DNA of 64,000 bases from Candidatus Zambryskibacteria bacterium RIFCSPLOWO2_01_FULL_39_39. GTDB lineage: Bacteria > Patescibacteriota > Minisyncoccia > Phycocordibacterales > WO2-35-19. Shown piece after piece: positions 47,118 to 56,331 of the stretch; the first letter of the stretch is position 1; every line of letters begins with the position of its first letter. The stretch spans positions 25,086 to 89,085 of the forward strand of contig MHWB01000009.1 in NCBI GenBank assembly GCA_001823925.1, in the 5' to 3' direction. The translations under genes and the position numbers were made by a program. Below the pieces are notes generated by a model. That model did no database searches and was not told the origin of the DNA. It saw only the letters and a list, made by a program, of their open reading frames with translations.

Positions 47118-48968
47118 ATGCAAGAATTGCTCAACTCACTTTCTGTGAATCTCGGGTGGATTCTTGGAACAATTCTGTTGTTCCTTGCCATCCTCGGCTC
47201 ACTAAAAATGGCTGCGAACAGGTACAAGAAAGTACCTCCCAGCAAGGTTGGTATCATCTATGGTCGTAAGCAGACCTACGAAATAACTGGTCCCGATGGA
47301 CAATCGAGACAAGAAAAACTCGGTTTCCGACTTCTTACTGGAGGGGGTGCTGTTGTATACCCCTTTGTGGAAGACTATGCTGAGATGGATCTTAGCGCTC
47401 GCTTGATTCAGCTTGAAGTAAGGAAGATTCCTACTCAGGGCGGAGTCATGGTGAATGCTAAAGGGACAGCGACTGTAATGATCGGGACGGATACTCCGAG
47501 CTTGATCACCGCAGCCCGCAGTTTCGAGGGAAAACGTGGTGAGGAAGTAAACCAAATCATTCGTGAGAACCTTGAAGGTCAACTCCGCTCAATCCTGGGT
47601 ACTCTCTCGATCGAAGATCTCATCAGCGATCGAGAGAAGCTCAACAAAGCAGTCCTCAAAGAGGCGGAGACCGAACTCTTGAAGCTTGGTCTGCGCATCA
47701 GCATCCTGACTATTCAGGAGATCAATGATGAAGTCGGCTACATCGAATCCCTTGGTAAGAAGCGAACTGCTGAAGTCCAGGGCGAAGCGACTAAAGGTGA
47801 AGCCGAAGCGAGAAGTAGAGCAGCGATTGCCGCTAGCAATGCGACGAAAGAAGCAGAACTGGTGGCGGCGCAAAACGAAGTGATTATCGCCGAGGCTCAG
47901 AAAAAACGCGATGTCCAAGTTGCGTTATTCAAAGCTGAGACTGAGCGTGAGCAGGCAACTGCTAATCAAGCGGGAGCCATCGCTGCAGCTGAAGCAGACA
48001 AGACGGTTCGTCAACGGAAAGTCGAAGCTGAAGCAGCTGAGACCACTGCACGTATTCAATTGGCCGATCAGGAAACTGCTCGTGTCGAAAAAGAACTGCA
48101 GTTCAAAGTCATCAAGCCGGCCGAAGCAGAGAAATTGGCGGTCTCGATTCGTGCCGAAGGTGTCAAAAATGGCGCGATTATCAAGGCTAACCAAGAGAAG
48201 GAAGCCGCAGTAATCAAAGCTGATGCTGACAAGACGGCAGCTGTACTCTCTGCCGAGGCGATCAGGACGACTGCGACGGCGCAAGCTGAAGCAGCTCGTC
48301 AAACAGGTCAAGGTGAAGCCGATGCACTCAAGGCCAAGCAGCTCGCTGCAGCCGAAGGTACCAAAGCTCAACAGTTGGCCGATGCCACTGGTATTGAAGC
48401 TAAGAAAAAGGCTGAAGCTGCGGGTCAGGAAGCCATGTTGCTTGCTAATGCCAGGGGCGTTAGGGAGCAAAAGCTCGCTGAAGCTGCTGGTACCGAAGCG
48501 GCACTCATGGCGGAAGCCAGAGGTAGTGAAGCCAAGCTACTTGCAGAAGCTAAAGGTAAGAAAGAGTTAGCGCTTGCACTTGCTGCACTCGATCCGACTG
48601 GTAAGCTCTTGCAGATTCTCGATGCAGCCCCCAAGGTTGCTGAGGCTATCGGCGACGCTCTCGCTAAGGCGCTTGGACCCGACGGTCTTGCCAACGTGTT
48701 CGGTCAGATGGCCGCACCGCTTGGTAGTGTTGACTCGATTCGGATGTATGATTTTGGTGGAAATGGTCAGGGTGGCAATGGTGCCGGTCCGCTGGCCAAG
48801 TTCGCCAATCTGACTCCGGACATGTTCTTCCAGTTTGTCTCCAAGGTGAAAGCTTTGGGATTCGGATCTCTACTCGAGAAATTCGGGCTGACCTCTGATA
48901 TCCTGGATGGAATGATTTCAACTCCTCCGACTGAAGGTCAACCGCCTGCAGTTTCGGAAAATAAGTAA
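47118..48968 (+). CDS. flotillin-like SPFH/band-7 protein with a long Ala/Glu-rich coiled coil
   Basis: 616 aa with an N-terminal TM segment and an SPFH domain. An extended EA-repeat coiled coil resembles FloT/YuaG-type flotillins. Confidence 0.8.
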   Translation: MQELLNSLSVNLGWILGTILLFLAILGSLKMAANRYKKVPPSKVGIIYGRKQTYEITGPDGQSRQEKLGFRLLTGGGAVVYPFVEDYAEMDLSARLIQLEVRKIPTQGGVMVNAKGTATVMIGTDTPSLITAARSFEGKRGEEVNQIIRENLEGQLRSILGTLSIEDLISDREKLNKAVLKEAETELLKLGLRISILTIQEINDEVGYIESLGKKRTAEVQGEATKGEAEARSRAAIAASNATKEAELVAAQNEVIIAEAQKKRDVQVALFKAETEREQATANQAGAIAAAEADKTVRQRKVEAEAAETTARIQLADQETARVEKELQFKVIKPAEAEKLAVSIRAEGVKNGAIIKANQEKEAAVIKADADKTAAVLSAEAIRTTATAQAEAARQTGQGEADALKAKQLAAAEGTKAQQLADATGIEAKKKAEAAGQEAMLLANARGVREQKLAEAAGTEAALMAEARGSEAKLLAEAKGKKELALALAALDPTGKLLQILDAAPKVAEAIGDALAKALGPDGLANVFGQMAAPLGSVDSIRMYDFGGNGQGGNGAGPLAKFANLTPDMFFQFVSKVKALGFGSLLEKFGLTSDILDGMISTPPTEGQPPAVSENK

Positions 48969-49032
48969 TTGGTCCAACCTTGGGCCGGGTGTTTCAGACA
49001 CTCGGCCCATATTTCTAGAAAAGGAGAAGGAA

Positions 49033-49476
49033 ATGAGGTACCCATTAATAGAAGGTGTGCCTGACGCTTTAGTTATCCACTGTGCCGACCCTCGATTTCA
49101 GACTGCTTTTCGCCAGTTTGTTCGTGAAGGGCTTGGTGTGCGAATGCCGATGGTTCTGGCACTTCCTGGTGTCACTAGCCATTTTGGTATGCAAGCAATG
49201 TTACCAAAAAATTGGTACGCATTGAAGGTAAGCATCCAAACTATGACGAGTCGACACGATGTTGCTCGTGTTATTCTCATCAATCACGACGACTGCAAAG
49301 GTTACGCCAAAATAGCAGGCCACCTTGGTGGTTTGTCGAAAATTGGTGTGGCCCAGAAGAAACATTTGCACGGTTTGGCAGAATTTGTCCGCAAGGAGTT
49401 TCTGCCAAACGCGCAATTTGAACTCTACCAAGCCCACATTGTGGGTAGCGAGGTTGAATTCGAAAAAATCCTATGA
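49033..49476 (+). CDS. hypothetical protein (weak beta-carbonic-anhydrase-like Cys-x-Asp-x-Arg and His-x-x-Cys motifs)
   Basis: 147 aa with VIHCADPRF and INHDDCKGY. This is the third gene of the GC-rich operon. Confidence 0.3.
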   Translation: MRYPLIEGVPDALVIHCADPRFQTAFRQFVREGLGVRMPMVLALPGVTSHFGMQAMLPKNWYALKVSIQTMTSRHDVARVILINHDDCKGYAKIAGHLGGLSKIGVAQKKHLHGLAEFVRKEFLPNAQFELYQAHIVGSEVEFEKIL

Positions 49477-49504
49477 GCAGTTCTTTTGGATAAGGACTCT
49501 AACA

Positions 49505-49537
49505 CCGGCGGGCGCATAGCGTCTCGCCGGTTTTTTT
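49505..49537 (+). terminator. rho-independent terminator; it also serves the minus-strand membrane-protein gene
   Basis: CCGGCGGGCGC...GCGTCTCGCCGG stem followed by TTTTTTT. Confidence 0.6.
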
Positions 49538-49554
49538 ATATAGATTTTTATAAA

Positions 49555-50490
49555 TTACCCTCTTACTTGAGTTGGGTAAGCGATAGGGTCTATAACTCTC
49601 TGGAAGCATTTCATACCCATACCGTGTGCCCAATTGTCATTTTCCATCATACCCCCTTTTACTGGATAACCAACCTGCATCACTCTTGGAGATTCTGAAT
49701 ACTGATTTTGGCCCATCATATTTTCGCGATTAAATTCTGCACAAAGTTCAAAAGACATCTCTCCAACTTTTTTATACTCATAAGGTTTGCCACTCTGTGA
49801 GTCAACCATCATATTTGGCCAGTTTTCTGGGACCATACCGTTCATTTGCCAATAATTTATAACTTGATATTGCAGATTTTGTAGATCAGAAATTTTTTGA
49901 TCATCGTATCTCATGAGTCTTTGTGTTTGCGGGCTACCTATTACAGAAAATCCTAAGATTATAAATACCAAGATAACAACTCCAGAAACTATCGCCCAAA
50001 ACTTTCTTCTTGCTGTTGGGATCTTTTCTCTTATATCATTTAAGTAATATCCAAACACAAGACCGGAGACAAGCAAGACAGAGAGAGCCTTGAGCAAGAA
50101 GCCGAGCGTAAGATCCTGTCCGTCTAGGAATTTATAAAGTACCGTCACCAAGTCTCCAGCGAGTATTATGCCCGCAACAAAGAGAGTGATGTATGTGAGC
50201 CACTTTCTTATTGGCAAATCTTTTTTCTCTGGAGATTCGTTGTAAGTTTTGTGTACAAAATAAGAAAGTAGTATAAAAATTGGGAAAACAATTAAGAGGG
50301 TTGCAACGGGCAAACTGATTTCTGATCCAGTCCTGAAGTATCCATAGTAGGTTGCCACTTCCGGATAAGCTTCATTTATTATTTTAAAAACCAAGTTGAG
50401 GAAGCTAATGACTGTAGTATAAAGAGCTACTATTGCTCCAAGGTGCAAAAAGAAATCTTTTGCCGTTGTGTGATTTTGATTATTTTCCAT
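49555..50490 (-). CDS. integral membrane protein, unknown function
   Basis: 311 aa with about 6 TM helices and a C-terminal soluble domain. Confidence 0.45.
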   Translation of the reverse strand: MENNQNHTTAKDFFLHLGAIVALYTTVISFLNLVFKIINEAYPEVATYYGYFRTGSEISLPVATLLIVFPIFILLSYFVHKTYNESPEKKDLPIRKWLTYITLFVAGIILAGDLVTVLYKFLDGQDLTLGFLLKALSVLLVSGLVFGYYLNDIREKIPTARRKFWAIVSGVVILVFIILGFSVIGSPQTQRLMRYDDQKISDLQNLQYQVINYWQMNGMVPENWPNMMVDSQSGKPYEYKKVGEMSFELCAEFNRENMMGQNQYSESPRVMQVGYPVKGGMMENDNWAHGMGMKCFQRVIDPIAYPTQVRG

Positions 50491-50531
50491 AGATTTAAAT
50501 TAATATTAAGACTCTTAATTATACCACATTT

Positions 50532-51515
50532 TTATATCTTAAACTCAATCACCTCTCCGTCTTTGACAATATACTCCTTACCTTCTATACGGAGCAATCC
50601 TTTTTCGCGGGCATTTGCATAAGAGCCAGATTCCAAAAGCTTGTCCCACTCAATCACCTCTGCTCTTATAAATTTATCTTTAAAATCTGTGTGTATTGCG
50701 GTGCCGGCAATCGGCGCAGTAGAACCGCGTGGAGTTGTCCAGCCCCTAGTCTCGTCTTCTCCTGTTGTAAAGAAAGTTATAAGGTCCAATATTTCATAGC
50801 TCTTTCTTATGAGCTCATCAAAACCTTTTTCAAAAATTGGATCTACGACTACGTAAGGTCCGGGTATCTTATCTTTTATTTCTGTAATATTTCTCGATGC
50901 CGCTTCTGAAGTGTTGAGTACATAAAGAATGGGTTTTTGAGTCAAAAGGCGCAAGTTAGAAAGTTTGAAAGTTGGGCCAAGAAGTTTTCCTGCTTCTAAT
51001 ATTTTTTGAGCTTCTTTTAATTCCTCGTCCTCACTTATAGCTTCTTTCTTGCCGGCTCTGACATCTTTTACTAACCCTTCTCTTCTCTTTATAACTGTTT
51101 GCATATCAGCCAAGATAAGCTCAAGATTTATTGTCTCAATATCTCCAAGTGGGTCTATTTTGTTATGCACGTGGATTATATCTTTATCTTCAAATACTCT
51201 TACCATCTCAACTATCGCATCCACTTCTCTTATATGAGAGAGAAATTTATTACCCAAGCCCTCCCCTTCGGATGCACCTTTTACCAGTCCTGCGATGTCT
51301 GTAAATTCTATTACTGCGGAAATTTTTTTTGCAGATTTTGAAAATTCATTTAGTCTTTCAAGCCGTTCATCTGGCACAGGAACAATTCCTACACTCGGGT
51401 CTATAGTACAAAATGGGTAGTTCTCTGCGGGCACACTCTTTTTTGTAAGTGCATTAAAGAGCGTGGATTTGCCCACGTTTGGAAGCCCGACAATTCCTAC
51501 AGTAATATTCGCCAT
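50532..51515 (-). CDS. ychF: ribosome-binding ATPase YchF
   Basis: Starts at MANITVGIVGLPNVGKSTLFNALT (G1 motif) and has a C-terminal TGS domain. The ORF-track start 18 nt upstream is probably spurious. Confidence 0.85.
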   Translation of the reverse strand: MANITVGIVGLPNVGKSTLFNALTKKSVPAENYPFCTIDPSVGIVPVPDERLERLNEFSKSAKKISAVIEFTDIAGLVKGASEGEGLGNKFLSHIREVDAIVEMVRVFEDKDIIHVHNKIDPLGDIETINLELILADMQTVIKRREGLVKDVRAGKKEAISEDEELKEAQKILEAGKLLGPTFKLSNLRLLTQKPILYVLNTSEAASRNITEIKDKIPGPYVVVDPIFEKGFDELIRKSYEILDLITFFTTGEDETRGWTTPRGSTAPIAGTAIHTDFKDKFIRAEVIEWDKLLESGSYANAREKGLLRIEGKEYIVKDGEVIEFKI

Positions 51516-51564
51516 TCCATATTTATACCACAAAATACCCTTATTTTGCTTACCCTTTACACCT

Positions 51565-51593
51565 ATTGACTTTTAAGGTGTAATTTGCTATAC
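51565..51593 (+). promoter_or_regulatory. near-consensus sigma70-type promoter (TTGACT-17-TATACT) for the LysM operon
   Basis: TTGACT at 51565-51570 and TATACT at 51588-51593. It is followed by a leader of about 90 nt. Confidence 0.4.
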
Positions 51594-51691
51594 TCAATGG
51601 CAGATTATCGGTGTATGCATTGGTACTGACCCGAGGGGTTGGTAGATGCAGAAATCGGTAAAATTGCTTGTTTGAAATAGAAAGGAACGAC

Positions 51692-52807
51692 ATGAATCGC
51701 ATGTTCGTTTGCATGATCACTCTTGTGCTACTTCTCGGTTGCTTCGGCAATCTCGTGGCACAGGAAGATACCTACGTGGTTCAGAAGGGCGACAACCTTT
51801 GGAATCTCGCCGGTGCGCATCTTGACGATGCAAAGCTGTGGGAACAAATCTACAAGGACAACCCGTTCCTTCAAGAACCAGGTCGTCGTTTCCAGAAGGA
51901 AGGGATCGTCTATGTGATGGTTCGGCCCGGCGAAAAGTTGTACGGTTTGGAGAAAATTGGCATCACTGCCACAATGACTCCGATCGAACAACTTCGTCTG
52001 CCTCAACCGGAAGCGAAGATCTACCATGTTGCCACAACTCCTGCATGGGTTTGGTGGCCGCTGGCTCTCGCAATCGCTCTGATCATCGCTGCATGGCTCA
52101 TCTATCGGATGCTCACACGAGATCCGGTAAACTCGAGACCAGCGATGGTTCCGGGCGGAGTAACCGAAGCGACAGCGACAACCGCGATTCAAAGGGTTGC
52201 GGCTCGTACCGCTGGTTACACTCAGGAGCAATCGTTAGGTCAAAATGTCTACCAGCAGTTCACGATTATTCGTCGAACTGCCGGCCGGATCTGGGGCAAC
52301 ATGACTGTTCGTTATGCAGATGGTCGTTCAGTTCCGCGACGTCTCAATAGCGACCGTGCATACCAAGCGGAAGTCCGCTTTTCTGACGGTCACACCGAAA
52401 CACTGTACATGTTGCAGGGATGCGGTAACGATCTGCGCTACGGCGGTATCAGTCGGTATCTGCCAGGACCGGAATTCCGGTTTGAAGCAGATCCAGCACC
52501 TGTTGCTGTTCCGGCACAGCCTGTTCCCGAACCGGCCCCCGCTCCGGTAGCACCAGTTCCAGCACCTGTTGCTGAAGCTCCGGCCCCGGTGAGTGGTGAG
52601 TTCGTCCGTACCAAGGACACACCTACTACTCTACAACCTGACGGTGTGATTACGTTCGAGTTCAAACGCTCGAACAATGGCCAGCCGAACATGGTGCGAC
52701 TCCAAGGTATCGAAGCCGAAGAGTTCACTTTCTCGGTTGGTCCCGATGGCACTACTCTCCGATACCGCGAGGTTGAGGAAGAGCAATCTGTCGGCGCAAG
52801 CAAGTAG
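51692..52807 (+). CDS. LysM-domain lipoprotein with a Pro/Ala-rich linker
   Basis: ATG at 51692 behind an AAAGGAA ribosome-binding site. It has a lipobox (LLLGC), a LysM motif (YVVQKGDNLWNLAGAHLDDAKLWEQIYKDNPF), a TM segment and a PAPVAPVPAPVAEAPAPV linker. The segment is GC-rich. Confidence 0.6.
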   Translation: MNRMFVCMITLVLLLGCFGNLVAQEDTYVVQKGDNLWNLAGAHLDDAKLWEQIYKDNPFLQEPGRRFQKEGIVYVMVRPGEKLYGLEKIGITATMTPIEQLRLPQPEAKIYHVATTPAWVWWPLALAIALIIAAWLIYRMLTRDPVNSRPAMVPGGVTEATATTAIQRVAARTAGYTQEQSLGQNVYQQFTIIRRTAGRIWGNMTVRYADGRSVPRRLNSDRAYQAEVRFSDGHTETLYMLQGCGNDLRYGGISRYLPGPEFRFEADPAPVAVPAQPVPEPAPAPVAPVPAPVAEAPAPVSGEFVRTKDTPTTLQPDGVITFEFKRSNNGQPNMVRLQGIEAEEFTFSVGPDGTTLRYREVEEEQSVGASK

Positions 52808-52814
52808 TACCTTT

Positions 52815-52840
52815 GGGTCAGCACCACGTCGTGCTGACCC
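52815..52840 (+). terminator. GC-rich hairpin (10-bp stem, CACGTC loop) without a U-tail
   Basis: GGGTCAGCAC-cacgtc-GTGCTGACCC directly after the LysM gene stop. Confidence 0.35.
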
Positions 52841-52957
52841 TCTCACCAGAGCACTTTATCCTGAGTTAAATCGAAGGATTCAAAATTTGAGTGTTGCGGT
52901 GGGAGTGAAATATATCCCTGTTCTTTCGAAATTAAATCTGAAGAGGAGAAGAAGATA

Positions 52958-53332
52958 ATGGTAATGACACAACGTCTCTCCGTTGAGGAGAGAATGACGC
53001 AGTTCAATCAACTGATGCGTGCGCACGGATACCGTCCGCCCACCAGAGAAGACCTCATTCCAGGAGAAGAAATGCTCATGGTTGAGGTCGAACGATTCAT
53101 GGAGTCTCACAATCAAGGATACAATCCTTCAATCATGGGCACCAAGATCAAGCTAGACGAAGAGCCGATCGTGATCTCGAATCAAAACCCCACCAAGGAA
53201 CATGTGATGTATCACTGCATCATGCCGGCGTGGGACGGTCAGTGCTTCGTCCCGATCGAGTCGTTTCTCGCGGTTGGCTACCACAAGGGTTGCTACGAGA
53301 ACGATACTCGGTGGGCCATCAGGGCTCGCTAA
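52958..53332 (+). CDS. GC-rich hypothetical protein
   Basis: 124 aa with a purine-rich ribosome-binding site. No recognisable motif. Confidence 0.35.
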   Translation: MVMTQRLSVEERMTQFNQLMRAHGYRPPTREDLIPGEEMLMVEVERFMESHNQGYNPSIMGTKIKLDEEPIVISNQNPTKEHVMYHCIMPAWDGQCFVPIESFLAVGYHKGCYENDTRWAIRAR

Positions 53333-53341
53333 ACTCCTCCC

Positions 53342-53368
53342 GGGACCAACACCAAGTCGTGTTGGTCC
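53342..53368 (+). terminator. GC-rich hairpin (10-bp stem, CAAGTC loop) without a U-tail
   Basis: GGACCAACAC-caagtc-GTGTTGGTCC. It has the same architecture as the hairpin at 52815-52840. Confidence 0.35.
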
Positions 53369-53439
53369 TTCCATCAAAGTTTTCTTTACGAAGAATATTT
53401 TGATGGGAGTAAAATCCATGTTCTTTGGAGAGGAATAGA

Positions 53440-53715
53440 ATGAGACACACTTTTCAGTTATGTGTGATATGTATCATCCTGACGCTGATTGGATGCCAAC
53501 ATGTTCAGGAGTACAACGCGCACCGTTTTGACAAGCAAATCGAGACCGCCAACAAACTCCTCAGGCACGAGGAAGTTCGTCTGAAGGATCTTATGGATCT
53601 CGATGGCGTATTTCCATACAAGGCGTTCCGTGAAGAACTCAAGAAAAGAGGGATGGATCAAAAGCAAATTCTGTTCCTCTGTTGCACTGACAACCGATAC
53701 GTAAGTATGCGATAA
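53440..53715 (+). CDS. small lipoprotein, hypothetical
   Basis: MRHTFQLCVICIILTLIGCQH has a signal peptide and a lipobox; a GGAGAGG ribosome-binding site precedes it. The ORF-track start at 53425 is probably too early. Confidence 0.35.
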   Translation: MRHTFQLCVICIILTLIGCQHVQEYNAHRFDKQIETANKLLRHEEVRLKDLMDLDGVFPYKAFREELKKRGMDQKQILFLCCTDNRYVSMR

Positions 53716-53719
53716 CCAA

Positions 53720-53763
53720 CCGCCCACAATGGACAAGATCCGTTGGAGGGCGGATTTTTGTTT
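53720..53763 (+). terminator. rho-independent terminator
   Basis: CCGCCC...GGGCGG stem followed by ATTTTTGTTT. Confidence 0.55.
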
Positions 53764-53863
53764 ATATAAAAATGTCCTTTTATAAAACTCCTGAATACAA
53801 AACCACTACGAATTTTTATAATTCTTTCAAAAATTTTTCCACAAAAAGAAAGCCGCTCGCAAT

Positions 53864-54838
53864 TTATTTTCTAGAAATTAAATTCAAAATAAGCTTAACC
53901 ACTTTTTCTTTATGAGATGGATCACTTTCGGCTACCATGATTGTAAGCGCGGTTAAAGCTGACGGAGTTAGTTTGGAAACGTCCAAAATTTTTGCTTGTT
54001 GTAAAAACCAAACAAAAGCAAAAGCTCCGCTTCTTTTGTTACCATCAATAAATGGATGATTTTTTACCATGAAATACAAAAGATGTGCCGCTTTTTCTTC
54101 AGCAGTTGGGTAAACTTCTTTACCACCAAATGATTGCATCACATTGCCTATAATACCGGAGACACTCCCCTGGTTTCTTTCAGTCCCGAATATATCATTC
54201 GCCTCTTCTTTTTCTAAAAGATTTCGCTTCAGCTCTCTTAGGCTGTCGGAGATTTTTTCGGCAGTAAGACCAACTTTTTTCTTGGTTAATTTCCCTTTTG
54301 GTAGAAGTTCTTTGTCATAAGCATCGAGCGAGAGCCACGTATCGGCAAAAAGAGAAACAAGCTCAACAACATCTTTTGAGTCAGTCGCAGATCCAGATGG
54401 AAGAAGCTTTTTTATATCTTCAACTACGCTCAAAAATTGCTCGTAGTTTTTGGCAATACGATTTCTGTTAATTGCGTATCCGTCTACGATATAACCCCGC
54501 AAAGTTTTGGTAGCCCATTTACGAAATTCTATTGCCACTTTAGAATTTGCTCTATACCCTACTCCCAAAATAACATCCAGTGAGTATAAAATAACGGGTT
54601 TATCGGAATTTGCATTATGCATTTTTTGCATATTGCTTTTTGGATCAATCTCCTTGTCTTTAAAAATATTGTTTATATGTCTTGAGATCACAGATTGATC
54701 AACATCAAAAAGCCGCACTATTTGCGCTTGTGTGGCCCAAATTGTTTCCTTGCCAAAATCACCCTTGAGCTCTATTGCTCCAGATTTTGCTTGATATATA
54801 ACGATATTATTCTTTATTTTCTTATCTACCTTTTTCAT
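53864..54838 (-). CDS. Fic/DOC-family protein with an N-terminal RhuM-like domain
   Basis: 324 aa with an N-terminal RhuM-like region (IYQAKSGAIELKGDFGKETIWATQAQIVRLF) and the C-terminal Fic motif HPFIDGNKRSGA. Confidence 0.65.
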   Translation of the reverse strand: MKKVDKKIKNNIVIYQAKSGAIELKGDFGKETIWATQAQIVRLFDVDQSVISRHINNIFKDKEIDPKSNMQKMHNANSDKPVILYSLDVILGVGYRANSKVAIEFRKWATKTLRGYIVDGYAINRNRIAKNYEQFLSVVEDIKKLLPSGSATDSKDVVELVSLFADTWLSLDAYDKELLPKGKLTKKKVGLTAEKISDSLRELKRNLLEKEEANDIFGTERNQGSVSGIIGNVMQSFGGKEVYPTAEEKAAHLLYFMVKNHPFIDGNKRSGAFAFVWFLQQAKILDVSKLTPSALTALTIMVAESDPSHKEKVVKLILNLISRK

Positions 54839-54925
54839 TATTACTTATATTTATAACACAAAATGTCCTTATTTTACGCACTACACGGTGAATGATGTAA
54901 AAAAAAGCCGAGAGGTCTCGGCGTT

Positions 54926-55462
54926 CTAAGAGGAGAAAAATTCCTCAGTTTTTCTTAAGGCCTCCAGATTTGGAGGATCAGTCATGAGCTCTCTGGCTCC
55001 TTCGATACTGGTCCACCTGGTGGCGTGAAATTCTTTTGGATCTACATTGAACTCTGATCCGTCTGTCGAGAAGCGATACCAGATATCCATATGCTCTTTG
55101 CAGGACTGAACTCGGTTTTCGATGGGCGTAATGGTGAGGAGGAAAGGTCTGATTTCTTCTTTGATTCTATCCTTAACTCCAAGCTCCTCCTCGATCTCTC
55201 GATTCAGTGTCCTCATGAGTGGCTCGCCTTTATCTATATGTCCACCCGGGAATAGCCAAAGGCCTGACTTCTTATGGTGAACAATGAACACTTCTTGTGT
55301 GGCTGGGTCATAAGGCAGAAAGTAACAGCAGAAGTGGCTCACATTGCCATCGTCCCTGGTTAAATCTCCTTTCTCCAGCCGCTCGAGCCAGTATTGAGAG
55401 ATCTGCTCATTACAGAGCTTTGGATCGATCACCGCTTTGATTTCTTCGTATAAAGTAGTCAT
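54926..55462 (-). CDS. NUDIX hydrolase
   Basis: 178 aa with the Nudix box GGHIDKGEPLMRTLNREIEEELG. Confidence 0.7.
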   Translation of the reverse strand: MTTLYEEIKAVIDPKLCNEQISQYWLERLEKGDLTRDDGNVSHFCCYFLPYDPATQEVFIVHHKKSGLWLFPGGHIDKGEPLMRTLNREIEEELGVKDRIKEEIRPFLLTITPIENRVQSCKEHMDIWYRFSTDGSEFNVDPKEFHATRWTSIEGARELMTDPPNLEALRKTEEFFSS

Positions 55463-55485
55463 ATTGTTCTTGGGTCAATTTACTC

Positions 55486-55827
55486 TCATTTCAATTCAAA
55501 AGCCAGCAGACCGAATTCTTTGATTTTTTCTTTGTAATTTGGGTAAGAATAATATCTCTTCTTTGCTTCTTCTTTTGAGCTAAGGTCCGGCATTATTTTC
55601 TTATACGGAATTTTTCTGAACATTGCATCAATGCTTTTGAAATGAGTCTTCTTGCTGATTGTTTTTGAAAACTTGTCTTTGCCACAGACAAAAATCAAGG
55701 TATCTCCTTTTTCGATTGGCTGATATTTTATTGTGGCAGCCCGGGTTTCCACGGCTTTGATGCCACTTCTTAATTCATCGAAGTTTTTCTTATCTACTGC
55801 CCTAAATCTAAGCGTCCAAGTTTTCAT
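55486..55827 (-). CDS. ASCH (PUA-like) domain protein
   Basis: 113 aa with the ASCH pattern SGIKAVETR....IEKGDTLIF. Its start overlaps the upstream ParB-like gene stop by 4 nt. Confidence 0.55.
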   Translation of the reverse strand: MKTWTLRFRAVDKKNFDELRSGIKAVETRAATIKYQPIEKGDTLIFVCGKDKFSKTISKKTHFKSIDAMFRKIPYKKIMPDLSSKEEAKKRYYSYPNYKEKIKEFGLLAFELK

Positions 55828-56219
55828 TTTTTTGAAATTTCTGGAATTTTCTCTCTTGGTATTTTACGGACCATTACTTTTTTGAGTCCTTGCATATGGG
55901 CTTTTACAAGCCGATGCAAACCATCGAGAATAAGCCACCTGCCCTTGTTTTCCATAATATCAATCGGATATTTGAGATCGGCTTTTTGGATTTTTTTGTA
56001 ATGAACAGAGTGCTTATCTGGCTCATCAATTACTTCCCATGGTTTGAGGTTATAGTCGTCAGTATCTTCCACTTCCCAGAACGGAATATCAAAATGCCAG
56101 ATCAGATTCTGCATATCCATTTCTTCCGCGGGTATATCCAAAGCCCAAACTTTTTTGGAGTCCCAAGAGAAATCAAACCCAACGTCTTTAATTATTTGTG
56201 GTCTATCTTCCCATGCCAT
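55824..56219 (-). CDS. ParB/Srx-fold (ParB-like nuclease domain) protein
   Basis: 131 aa with YPIDIMENKGRWLILDGLHRLVKA, matching the ParB N-terminal-domain motif (PI.V....G.Y.LIDG.HRL.AA). Confidence 0.5.
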   Translation of the reverse strand: MAWEDRPQIIKDVGFDFSWDSKKVWALDIPAEEMDMQNLIWHFDIPFWEVEDTDDYNLKPWEVIDEPDKHSVHYKKIQKADLKYPIDIMENKGRWLILDGLHRLVKAHMQGLKKVMVRKIPREKIPEISKK

Positions 56220-56331
56220 ATCGAAAGTGTAATTAAAATTCTGACAAAAAGAAAGCTAAATTTAATCATATTTTAAATAAATAGCAAATTGACGAGTTAT
56301 TCTAAATATTGTATCTTCTTGCAAGAAAGGG

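Noticed and set aside
47202-48921. Multiple 80-180-aa ORFs on both strands inside the flotillin gene.
   Set aside because: They are artefacts of the GC-rich, Ala-codon-repeat coding sequence (GCN/GAR periodicity). The long SPFH ORF explains the region.
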